A DNA stretch of 64,000 bases from NCBI GenBank assembly GCA_903830945.1, contig CAIKVT010000058.1:75487-139486 (forward strand), written 5' to 3'. The position numbers were made by a program, and so were the translations under genes. This document shows positions 37,094 to 45,861 of the stretch, piece after piece. This stretch comes from an uncultured Elusimicrobia bacterium. GTDB taxonomy: Bacteria > Elusimicrobiota > Elusimicrobia > UBA1565 > UBA9628. The notes beneath the pieces were generated by a model that saw only the letters and a program-made list of their open reading frames with translations, searched no databases and had not been told where the DNA came from. Position 1 is the stretch's first letter. Every line of letters begins with the position of its first letter.

Positions 37094-38394
37094 GCGAAGC
37101 CGCGACGGCCGGCTTGTCAAAGGGCTTCTTCGAGAGGCTCAAGGAGCGTCCTGCCCTGCGTAACTTTTTCATCTTCCTGAGCATACTCGGCCCGGGGATC
37201 ATCACGGGCAGCGTGGACAACGACGCGGGCGGCATCACCACCTATTCCGTAGCCGGCGCCTTGTACGGCTACAACCTGCTCTGGACCCTTATTCCATCAT
37301 TTGTGGCCCTGGCCGTGGTCCAGGAGATGAACGCGCGCATGGGCATTGTGACGGGTAAGGGTCTGGCGGACCTCATCCGCGAGAACTTCGGGGTCAAGAT
37401 CACTTTCTTCATCTTCGTGGGCCTGTTGATCGCCGACATCGGAAATACGGCCACCGAGTTCGCGGGCGTGGCCGGCAGCCTGAGCATATTCGGCGTGAGC
37501 AAGTACCTTTCCGTCCCCTTGGCCGCGGTGGGGGTCTGGATATTGGTGGTCAAGGGCGACTATAAGATCGCGGAGCGTATCTTCCTGGTCTTCAGCGTGT
37601 GCCTCTTTTCCTATATCATTTCCGCTGTGCTGGCCAAGCCGGACTGGCATGCGGTGGGGAAGGGTTTCGTGCGTCCGGAGATGCATTTTGACAGTGACTA
37701 CCTGAGTATGGTCCTCGGCCTCATCGGCACCACCATTGCGCCCTGGATGCAGTTCTACATGCAGTCTTCGGTGATTGAAAAGCGTCTGAAGATCGACGAG
37801 TATCGGTTTGTGATCTGGGACGTGCTGCTGGGTTGCGTGGCGACCGTGGTGGTGGCCTTCTTCATCATCGTGGCCTGCGCATCCACCTTGCATGTCAACG
37901 GTGTGGTTATTAAGGAGGCCGCGGACGCGGCCATGTCGCTTAAGCCCTTCGCCGGGCCTTTCGCCTCGGAACTCTTTGCCTTCGGGCTTTTCGTGGCCTC
38001 GGTCTTTTCGGCCACCATCCTGCCCCTGGCTACGGCTTTCTATGTCTGTGAGGCCTTTGGCTTCGAGGCCGGCATCAATAAGAAGATCGATGAGGCTCCA
38101 CAGTTCTATGCCCTTTTCACCTTCATCATGGCCGTGGCCGTGGGCATCATCCTCCTACCCGGGGCGCCTCTTATCGCCATTACCATCTGGACCCAGGTCA
38201 TCAACGCGATGCTCCTGCCCGTGGTTCTCATTTCCATGATCCTTATGGTTAACGACCGCAAGATCATGGGCGAGTATGTGAATAATCGTTTCCAGAACGT
38301 GGTGGGCTGGGCCACCACCGCGACACTCATCGTGCTGACCGGTTTACTGCTCGTCCAACCGGTGGTTCCCTTGTTTCGGAAGCTCTTTGGATAG
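37090..38394 (+). CDS. NRAMP-family divalent metal transporter (NrmT-type, probably Mg2+)
   Basis: GPGIITGSVDNDAGGITTYS, QEMNARMG, GTTIAPWMQFYMQS. Confidence 0.88.
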   Translation: MSEAATAGLSKGFFERLKERPALRNFFIFLSILGPGIITGSVDNDAGGITTYSVAGALYGYNLLWTLIPSFVALAVVQEMNARMGIVTGKGLADLIRENFGVKITFFIFVGLLIADIGNTATEFAGVAGSLSIFGVSKYLSVPLAAVGVWILVVKGDYKIAERIFLVFSVCLFSYIISAVLAKPDWHAVGKGFVRPEMHFDSDYLSMVLGLIGTTIAPWMQFYMQSSVIEKRLKIDEYRFVIWDVLLGCVATVVVAFFIIVACASTLHVNGVVIKEAADAAMSLKPFAGPFASELFAFGLFVASVFSATILPLATAFYVCEAFGFEAGINKKIDEAPQFYALFTFIMAVAVGIILLPGAPLIAITIWTQVINAMLLPVVLISMILMVNDRKIMGEYVNNRFQNVVGWATTATLIVLTGLLLVQPVVPLFRKLFG

Positions 38395-38458
38395 CAGCTG
38401 AGTTCAAGGATAGGTATTTGGATCCAGCAGCCGAGCGGGGGGCGCGATTTTATTCTAA

Positions 38459-41056
38459 CTAGTTCGCGCTGGCAGGACCCAGCCGGCCTTGGGGCTCAGG
38501 AAACGGCATAGCCATTTCAAGGCCTTCGGTCCAGGCTGTTCGCATGAGGGCTAGAGTCTGCTCCGGGCTGCGCTGCGGATTGAAGTAGAGGAGGCCCAGA
38601 GCGCTGTGCAGTCCCCAGGGATTCTGCAACATGATCCCCACTCCGATATTGACCGCATTGCGGTATGTCATGGGGCGAAGGGTCCGGTCTTGGCTTAACT
38701 GAGTTTCGTACCAGTTCAAGAACGCAATGAATTGTGCGATGTGTTCCTTAATCGGCTCCCCGGTTATGGCCCGCGTGCTCTTGCTGGGCAGGGCCGCGAT
38801 CTCCGACAAGACGGATTCGACCAGCGTGTAGTCGCGCTTGTTGAGGGCATCGATCATCTTCGCGGCGTAGCTCAGCATGCCGTCATCCTGCATCAGGTGG
38901 TGCGTGAAATGGCCCAGCCAGGCAGCCACTACGGCATGGTCGAGATCCACGGCATATTCCGGCTCGGCTTTGACGACTTCTTTGATACTGTCCTCGAATT
39001 CCTTGGCCAGCCGGGAATCGGGAAGCAGACGGTACAGGTCTTGCCTTTCCAGGCTTTGGAAGTGGGCGCTGTTGTTGAAGCTGCCTGTGAAGACGTATGT
39101 CCACCTTTGCATGGTTCCGGTTTCCGGATCTTTTTCTAGGACCTTGAAAATATTGGTCTTGTCATGCCACAGGTGGATGCCGCTTGGCACGCCATCCGGA
39201 TCCACGCTGGACGTCCCGGACAGAAGGCGGATATAGCCGAAGAGCTTCATCATCGGTCGGAATTCGGAGGCGAAGGGGAAGAAGTCCATGCCATGCGGAG
39301 GCTGGATCAGAAAGCCCGCCAAAGCGGCCGCCAAGCCGTAGCCATTCGGAGAAATGAATTGCTGGTCGAAGATCCCGTAGATCGTGAGGCGTTTTTGGAA
39401 GTCATCGGGGTAGAAATCCTTTAGGGCCTTGAGATAATTACGCAGAGCGTCCACCTCGGGCCGATAGGTGAGGACAAAATCGCTGAAATCGATTTCGGTG
39501 ATTTCAAATTCGGGCCGGATGTCTGCGGTCGGATCCTTGGCCCTGCGGGCCTTGGCGTCGGTGAGGGCTTGGGTGGCCCGGTCAATCATGATCGTCTTGC
39601 GGCTGTTGGGATTCTGCTTGCCGTTGGTGTGGGCGATTTCCCAGAATTCGCCGGTCTTGAAATTGAGACGTTGAGGGATATTGAGGGATGCGGGCAGACC
39701 TTTGGCGGAAAGCCGTTGGTCGTAAGCGTGGATCTCGATCATCGCCTGATCCAGAACGATCTGGTTTGCCGTCAAGTCTCTGGAGCGCATTTCTCGATTG
39801 AAGCGTCCTCCGAAATCAGGCAAGGGGCCTTGAGTCGTGGCTTCGATGGCATTGAGATTCGCGGTCCCGTATTCGGAGAATTTATAGGCATGGCCTCTCG
39901 GTCCGGTGGCGCAGAAGCCTTTTTCATGCATCAAAGGATTCTCGCTGGAACCGTTGGCGTCGAAGATCGGCTCGCCGCTCAAGACCGTGAGCGGGCCTGC
40001 GCCGTAATGCAGCTTGAAGCCGAGGGTTTCGCGCAGGTACTGGAGAGCCCGGCCTGGTCCGTCATCCTTATAAACGGCGTGTTCGAAATCCGTGGTGGAC
40101 CTTTTGCCTTTGGCAAAAACGCCGGTCATGGCCGTGTTGAAATCCGTGATGATGGTGACTTTGATGCCGGCTTGGACGAGCCTTTTGATCGCTTGGATAA
40201 CGGGGGCATGGCCGGGCGGGGGGGCGTTATCACCGATCTCGTAGTATTTCAAGATGAAGTGCTTCTCCGAATCGGGCATGCCGGCAAAGGCGATGTATTC
40301 GTCGATGCCTTGGGCGACCATCCCCTCGATACTGACCCCGATATGGCCCGGATAAGAATGTGACGCGTGCATCTTGATGGCGGCGTCCATGCTGGGCAGG
40401 GACGAATCTATTTCGTGGGGAGTGGGAATCGGCCTGGTGGGGTCGATCTCTTTCCGCGAGGGAGTCAAGATCGGATTGCCGGCATGGATCCTGGCCGCAT
40501 GCCCCTCATCCAGGGCGTTTGCGGGCACAGTCTCATTTCTGCCAGACCATTGATAATCAAAGCTGCGTTGCGCAAAATCTTTATCTCCCCGCAGGTCGCC
40601 GGCTGCGGGTTTCGGATCCGGTAGGTTTTGGGCAAGACGTTGCAAAACGGTGCGGCCTGGGTTCGCCCGATGCGGATTAATAAAGGAAGTTGCAGGGGAC
40701 GCTTCGAGAGCGGCGGAGTCTGAGGTGAGGGGGGCGGACATGACCGGGGTAGGCTCCGGACTCCGCGAGGTGATGTTTGAAACGTTAGGCTGGATCAGAG
40801 AGGCCGGCATCGGTTCCAGAGCAGCCGCGGTCAGGACGGACGGGGCTTGTATCCTGGGGGTCAGCTGTGGGCTTTGCGAGGCGAGGTTGAAAACGCTAGG
40901 TTGGATCAAAGAGGCGGGCTGCAGCCCGAGTGGAGCGGCGGTCAAGCCTGGCGCAACGGCCTGAACGTGGGATGAAGCCGTAATGGGAGCGACTTGGATG
41001 CTGGCCGTCCAGCCTATGTCCAAGAAGGCCGCTAGAAGTAATATCAGGGTGTTCAT
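38459..41056 (-). CDS. Secreted phospholipase D-superfamily protein with long leader
   Basis: Two HxK motifs (LMHEKGF..YGTAN; LWHDKTN..FTGSFN); signal-like N-terminus. Confidence 0.7.
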   Translation of the reverse strand: MNTLILLLAAFLDIGWTASIQVAPITASSHVQAVAPGLTAAPLGLQPASLIQPSVFNLASQSPQLTPRIQAPSVLTAAALEPMPASLIQPNVSNITSRSPEPTPVMSAPLTSDSAALEASPATSFINPHRANPGRTVLQRLAQNLPDPKPAAGDLRGDKDFAQRSFDYQWSGRNETVPANALDEGHAARIHAGNPILTPSRKEIDPTRPIPTPHEIDSSLPSMDAAIKMHASHSYPGHIGVSIEGMVAQGIDEYIAFAGMPDSEKHFILKYYEIGDNAPPPGHAPVIQAIKRLVQAGIKVTIITDFNTAMTGVFAKGKRSTTDFEHAVYKDDGPGRALQYLRETLGFKLHYGAGPLTVLSGEPIFDANGSSENPLMHEKGFCATGPRGHAYKFSEYGTANLNAIEATTQGPLPDFGGRFNREMRSRDLTANQIVLDQAMIEIHAYDQRLSAKGLPASLNIPQRLNFKTGEFWEIAHTNGKQNPNSRKTIMIDRATQALTDAKARRAKDPTADIRPEFEITEIDFSDFVLTYRPEVDALRNYLKALKDFYPDDFQKRLTIYGIFDQQFISPNGYGLAAALAGFLIQPPHGMDFFPFASEFRPMMKLFGYIRLLSGTSSVDPDGVPSGIHLWHDKTNIFKVLEKDPETGTMQRWTYVFTGSFNNSAHFQSLERQDLYRLLPDSRLAKEFEDSIKEVVKAEPEYAVDLDHAVVAAWLGHFTHHLMQDDGMLSYAAKMIDALNKRDYTLVESVLSEIAALPSKSTRAITGEPIKEHIAQFIAFLNWYETQLSQDRTLRPMTYRNAVNIGVGIMLQNPWGLHSALGLLYFNPQRSPEQTLALMRTAWTEGLEMAMPFPEPQGRLGPASAN

Positions 41057-41142
41057 CTTCTTTGAGGATATCACAGGCACTGTAGAATCGTCAGCGGCGG
41101 AAGGCCTAGTCGGCTGAGGTTATGCGGCCTATGTGCCCCTAG

Positions 41143-41159
41143 GCTTTAGGGCCTAAAGC
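41143..41159. promoter_or_regulatory. Perfect palindrome GCTTTAGG-G-CCTAAAGC in the divergent PLD/HD promoter region
   Basis: 8-bp arms are exact reverse complements; function inferred. Confidence 0.45.
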
Positions 41160-41279
41160 GGCAGAGCCCGGGAGGCTGGGAACGATAGGTCTAAAGATTC
41201 GTCGGTCTGGGGCTGCGGACCCATGCGGGCGCAGGATGACCCTGATATCATAGAACCAGTCCCGCAGAAGGGCTAAATA

Positions 41280-42650
41280 ATGTTTGAAATGATATCCCGC
41301 CCTAAGAGCGCTTCTTTCATAATCGGATCGGCTTGCTTCTTTGGGGTCTCTGGCTATTGCGCGGGAGCAACCATTTCTACAGTCTTGCCTGCTGCTTGCG
41401 AAGCCGCAATACGAGTCCCCGGTCCGATGGTCGGCGCGGCTGTGGAGATGAGCCAAGCGCATCTTGGAGCCCTCAAGCCGGGAGATCTTTTTGTCCTTGT
41501 GCCCCGACCTCTTGCGAACTTGCCGGGAGCCCCAAGCGTTTCGGGAGTCTTCTCTGCTGCTCCCGCAGTCGCGGCACGAGCTCTGGGCCCTATCGCGCTG
41601 AGACCTCTTGCGAATGTGCCGGATGTCCCTGGTATCTTGGTCCAGTTTCCCGCTGCTCCCGTCCGGATAAGCGTCCCTTATAATGGAGAGAACAGATTGG
41701 CCGTTGCGGCTAGCCGCATCAGTTTAAATGCTGCGCGAACGATCGAGGCCTTGTTTCCGGGAAAGCCGTCGGTCGACTGGCCTGGCGCAGCCGCCTCCTT
41801 GCCGGCCGCCGCAGAGGGTGAAAACAGCGCGTTGGCCGGGAATTTTATTGGCAGCCTGCTTCGATACCACCGTATCGATGGCCGCAATGACGGTAGCGGA
41901 CTCTCCGGAGTTCAGTACCCTCCGCTGGCGGGCGTTTCGCCGGGAGACGACGCTGCTCTTAAGGCCGCAATCAATCAGATGGCTTCTTTTTTGGCTAGTC
42001 AGCCGGGGATCGAATATAAACCAGCCCCTTCCGATCCTCAGGCGCGCGAGGTTTTCCGCCAACAACTGGCCCAGCAGGCTGCCGAGGAGATCGAGCAGCA
42101 TGCGGCTGAGGAAATGAACGTATTGGTTGCGAGCCTGCCGGAAGGGCCGATGAAGATCTTTCTGCAAAAGGCCTTGCTGAAAGCCCAGCCGGAATTCTGG
42201 CGCGCTCCGTCAAGCTCAACAGGCAGATTCCATCCTGCGGACGAGATTAATTATGGTGGCTTGCTGGTTCATTCCATACGCGTCGCTCTGGTCGGGAGGA
42301 TGCTGTCCGAATATTTCGGATTCGACCGTCCTGACCGCATGATGGCGGCGCTCCTTATCCACGATATCCAAAAAGGCGGGATCCCCTGGAGGCACACTAG
42401 CAAGCCAGGCGGCGCTCCGGATTCCGGATATGTCGCGGATCACGGCCCCGTCGCAGCCGAGTGGCTGAAAGGATTCAAAGATGAATGCGGTTTTGATTGC
42501 GAAGCGATCATCGACGATGTGGGCATCCACATGGCGCAATGGAACCAGCCTCGACCCACGCCGCCGCAGACACTGGAAGAGCAGATAGTTTCTTATGCGG
42601 ATTATCTGGCTTCACGGGATGAGATTTACGTGCGGTGGAGAAATCCATGA
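41280..42650 (+). CDS. HD-domain hydrolase (YhaM-like HD) with long leader
   Basis: PSSSTGRFHP, GGLLVHSIRV, ALLIHDIQK, DHG, IHMAQW, VSYADYLAS. Confidence 0.8.
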   Translation: MFEMISRPKSASFIIGSACFFGVSGYCAGATISTVLPAACEAAIRVPGPMVGAAVEMSQAHLGALKPGDLFVLVPRPLANLPGAPSVSGVFSAAPAVAARALGPIALRPLANVPDVPGILVQFPAAPVRISVPYNGENRLAVAASRISLNAARTIEALFPGKPSVDWPGAAASLPAAAEGENSALAGNFIGSLLRYHRIDGRNDGSGLSGVQYPPLAGVSPGDDAALKAAINQMASFLASQPGIEYKPAPSDPQAREVFRQQLAQQAAEEIEQHAAEEMNVLVASLPEGPMKIFLQKALLKAQPEFWRAPSSSTGRFHPADEINYGGLLVHSIRVALVGRMLSEYFGFDRPDRMMAALLIHDIQKGGIPWRHTSKPGGAPDSGYVADHGPVAAEWLKGFKDECGFDCEAIIDDVGIHMAQWNQPRPTPPQTLEEQIVSYADYLASRDEIYVRWRNP

Positions 42651-44935
42651 AGCAATTGCAGGCCGCCGGGCGCCGTCTGTTGAGCGTCGTCATCGTCGCC
42701 GCACTGGTGCTCTTAAGTCCGGGTCTGGGCTGTTACGAGGCCGTGGCCCATGTCGTATGCGGCCAGAGCGTTACGGCCGGAGCTTCGTCACGGGCTGTCG
42801 CGCCGATCCGCGTCGTCCTCTCTGCAGACCTGGATATTCCGCGCCCGGACTCTATCGGAGCCGCTCTTTTTACGCAGCGCTTGCCTTCTATCCAGGCCCC
42901 GGCTCTGCGCGAGCAAGCCATCCCCGCAGCTGTTTCTTTCAGAGCCGCTCTTTCTGCGCAGCGATTGCCTTTGACTCAGACTCCGGTTCTGCGTGAGCAA
43001 GCCATCTCCGATGCTGTTGCCTCGGTCGCCCACCTCGCGGCTGAGACTGGTCGCGCCGCGCCGGTCGTGTCGCCAGTTCTCTTGCCGAACCAGCTTTCGC
43101 TGGCCACGACCGAGGAGCATCTGCGGGGCGGCATGGAACAGCTTGCTCAAGCGAAAACGCCCATCGCTCAGCGGCAGGTCTTGGATGGCATCTATAGCCA
43201 TCCTTCAGCGCGGCCGGATCGAGATCCCGCGGTTTCTGCGCCGGAATCAGTCCGGTTTTTCGGCCCTTCTCTTCCTGCCGTCCAGTCTCCGGCTGTACGC
43301 TCCCCTCCGACAGCTGTCCCTGGCCTGACCTCGGCTGCGGCGGACACACTGGACAAGAAGGCGATGGTCGGGATGTTCGCACAAAGAACCTTAAGCCTGA
43401 TCGGCTTCATTCTAGTCGGGATGATTTTTTCTCACCTCGCCATCGCAGCGGTGGGTAATGCCGGTTACGGCATGCTCTTGGTCTTGGGCCAAGTGGTCGC
43501 CACGGCCAGCAGCCCGTTGAATGGCCTGCTTGCTAAGAAATTCTCCGCTCGCAAATTCATGATTTTCACTACGGCGGTGCGCAGCATCGTCATCTTGGCT
43601 ATCCCGGTTTTCTGTGGATTCGGGGTTATGCACTTCGTGCCGTTGTTGATCTACTCTCTTCTCAGCGGATGGATCAGCTCAGCCATCATGACCAGCGAAG
43701 GCATCTATTTCAAACGCTATTCCGGTTCGCTTTTGGGCAAGCTCAACGCGTTGGCTTCGGTCAATTATATGTCCATGCAGGTGGGGCTGGGGCTGATCTT
43801 GAAGATGGGTCATGTCGTCGATAGATTCCCGATGCTGCCGTTTTATCTTACGGCCATGCTGGGCCTTATCGGCATCATTCCTATCGTTTGGAAGATGATC
43901 CCCGATGAAGGGGCTGAGTCTACCAAAGTGCGCGCCATCGCGCTTGCCGTGCGGATGCGAGAACAGTGCGGCCAGGCTTTGACCTCAGTCAGGACCCATT
44001 GGAAAGAGGCATTTATTAAGGCGGGCGACTTTTTAAAGACCCATTGGAAGGAGACGGCGATTTCCGCCGTCGGTCTAGGATTGTATTTGCTCACGCAATC
44101 ACGCCTGCCGATCGCGGGCGCCCTGCTTTTTTGTATTTTCCGGACCTCTGGATTCAAGAGCTTCTGGTCCAATCGGACGCTGCGCGGAGGTTTAGTCTTC
44201 ATGATGCTTGCCGCCGTGGTGGGAGACCCCCTGCAATATCTCATCATGCCGCTTATGGCCGGGTCCTTGGCGGGAGCGGCCGGGAAGTCCGAGCTTTTGG
44301 GTATGTTGATGGGCGCGTTTTTCTTCGGCCGGCTTATCGCCAATGCCAGTCAAGCCAAGCTTGGCGATATTCGGTTGCCTCTGGTCGGAAAGGTCAGCGG
44401 ACAGCTCCTGCTCCAACTGGGGGTCCTGGGTTTCGTCGCGCTTTGGTCGTGGCTGAGTCTTTTTCCGGGCAATTGGCTGGCTTTAGCCGGCGCTCTGGCC
44501 GTGGCCGGCCTGCTCATGGCGTTGAGCAGCCGGGTGACCGACGCGGGGTGGATCACGTTCCTGGGCGTGGGCCTTGCCTTCATCGCTCTTCCGCTGTTGG
44601 TCTGGGGCAATATCCCGCTCTTGTTCACGAGCGTCTTGATGATGGGACTGTTTTTTGGACCGGCCAGCACGGCGCTCATGGGGTACCTGCTTAAGAATAT
44701 CCCTCAAGCGGAGCAAGAGAAGATGTTCGGCATCGTGCAGGCGGCGTACAACGCCGCGGTGGCCTTGGGCTACGGACTATTCGGCTTATTCCCAGCCGCC
44801 TTCCCGGGAATGCTTTTGCCCATCGCGCTCGTCTTCGTCCTAATCGGGGGAATTTGCATGTTTGCTAAGAAGTTCATGCCCGGGCTGCCGGATAAATATT
44901 TCCAGGGCCGAGACGATTCCTCCCCGAAGCCCTAG
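42647..44935 (+). CDS. MFS transporter with ~235-aa N-terminal leader
   Basis: Multi-TM MFS-like body (GLLAKKFSARK, QEKMFGIV); ATGA overlap with the HD gene. Confidence 0.78.
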   Translation: MKQLQAAGRRLLSVVIVAALVLLSPGLGCYEAVAHVVCGQSVTAGASSRAVAPIRVVLSADLDIPRPDSIGAALFTQRLPSIQAPALREQAIPAAVSFRAALSAQRLPLTQTPVLREQAISDAVASVAHLAAETGRAAPVVSPVLLPNQLSLATTEEHLRGGMEQLAQAKTPIAQRQVLDGIYSHPSARPDRDPAVSAPESVRFFGPSLPAVQSPAVRSPPTAVPGLTSAAADTLDKKAMVGMFAQRTLSLIGFILVGMIFSHLAIAAVGNAGYGMLLVLGQVVATASSPLNGLLAKKFSARKFMIFTTAVRSIVILAIPVFCGFGVMHFVPLLIYSLLSGWISSAIMTSEGIYFKRYSGSLLGKLNALASVNYMSMQVGLGLILKMGHVVDRFPMLPFYLTAMLGLIGIIPIVWKMIPDEGAESTKVRAIALAVRMREQCGQALTSVRTHWKEAFIKAGDFLKTHWKETAISAVGLGLYLLTQSRLPIAGALLFCIFRTSGFKSFWSNRTLRGGLVFMMLAAVVGDPLQYLIMPLMAGSLAGAAGKSELLGMLMGAFFFGRLIANASQAKLGDIRLPLVGKVSGQLLLQLGVLGFVALWSWLSLFPGNWLALAGALAVAGLLMALSSRVTDAGWITFLGVGLAFIALPLLVWGNIPLLFTSVLMMGLFFGPASTALMGYLLKNIPQAEQEKMFGIVQAAYNAAVALGYGLFGLFPAAFPGMLLPIALVFVLIGGICMFAKKFMPGLPDKYFQGRDDSSPKP

Positions 44936-45792
44936 TTCTGACCGCCCAACGGCTTGATGTCCGCCTTGTGGCGCAACTCCTGGAGATAGTCGGGCAGCAC
45001 AGCCTTCATCTTCTGTTCTAGGAGCAGGTCGCGCAGGTCCTCCTTGACGGACTGGTACTGCGCGGGTTGGGCGGGCTTTGTCCCCGAGACCTTGAGGACG
45101 AAGTATCCCTGCGGGGAAGAGACGGTGCGGATCTCGCCGTCCTTCATGGCGAAAACGATGGCGCCGATCTCCTCCGGCAGCATAGCGCGGGGCACAAAAC
45201 CGTAGTCCCCGCCGTACTGCCCAGTGGGGGCCAGGGACCTGGCGCGGGCCAGGGCCGCGAAGTCAGCCCCATCTTTGAGCTTGGCCGCCACATCCTTGGC
45301 CTCGGCCTCAGTCTTGACGAAGATCTGGTGCAGGTGTACGGTCGCGGGCGCGGCGAGTTTGGCGCGCTGCTCCTGGAAGGCCTTACGCGACTCCTCGTCA
45401 GTGACGGAGAGCTTGTGGGTTGAGACGATGAGCTTGCGCAGGCGGATCTGGTCCGCGATGTCGGCCCGGAGCTTACCTTCCGAGCTGCCGTCCCGCTTGA
45501 GCTGGTTCTCGAAGAGGGCGGGGTTGTTGAACTGCTCCTTGACCCGGCCGAAGCGCTTTTCGATCTCGGTCCCATCGGCCTTGATTCCTTGCGTCTGGAC
45601 GGTCTGGCGCAGGAGGAGCTCGTCTACCATCTCGTCGAGAGTCGCCGGACCGAAGCGTTTCCAGAGCCGATCCATGACCTCAGACTGCCGGATGACCGTC
45701 CCGTTGACCGAGACGATGTCCCTATCGGCTTCCGCCCACGCCGGAACCGAGAGCAGGCCGGCCACGGCGCAGATCCAGGCGAGGTTCTTCAT
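44932..45792 (-). CDS. PpiC-type peptidyl-prolyl isomerase/foldase (PrsA/SurA-like)
   Basis: Signal peptide, VSVNGTVI, LDEMVDELLL, VHLHQIFV, GADFAALAR..GGDYGF; AGGAGG RBS before ATG 45792. Confidence 0.88.
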   Translation of the reverse strand: MKNLAWICAVAGLLSVPAWAEADRDIVSVNGTVIRQSEVMDRLWKRFGPATLDEMVDELLLRQTVQTQGIKADGTEIEKRFGRVKEQFNNPALFENQLKRDGSSEGKLRADIADQIRLRKLIVSTHKLSVTDEESRKAFQEQRAKLAAPATVHLHQIFVKTEAEAKDVAAKLKDGADFAALARARSLAPTGQYGGDYGFVPRAMLPEEIGAIVFAMKDGEIRTVSSPQGYFVLKVSGTKPAQPAQYQSVKEDLRDLLLEQKMKAVLPDYLQELRHKADIKPLGGQN

Positions 45793-45861
45793 TAGTCCTC
45801 CTAATAGAAAGGCAAATGATATAATAACCTGGGCGTTGTAAGGAAGCCCACGGCCCATTAT

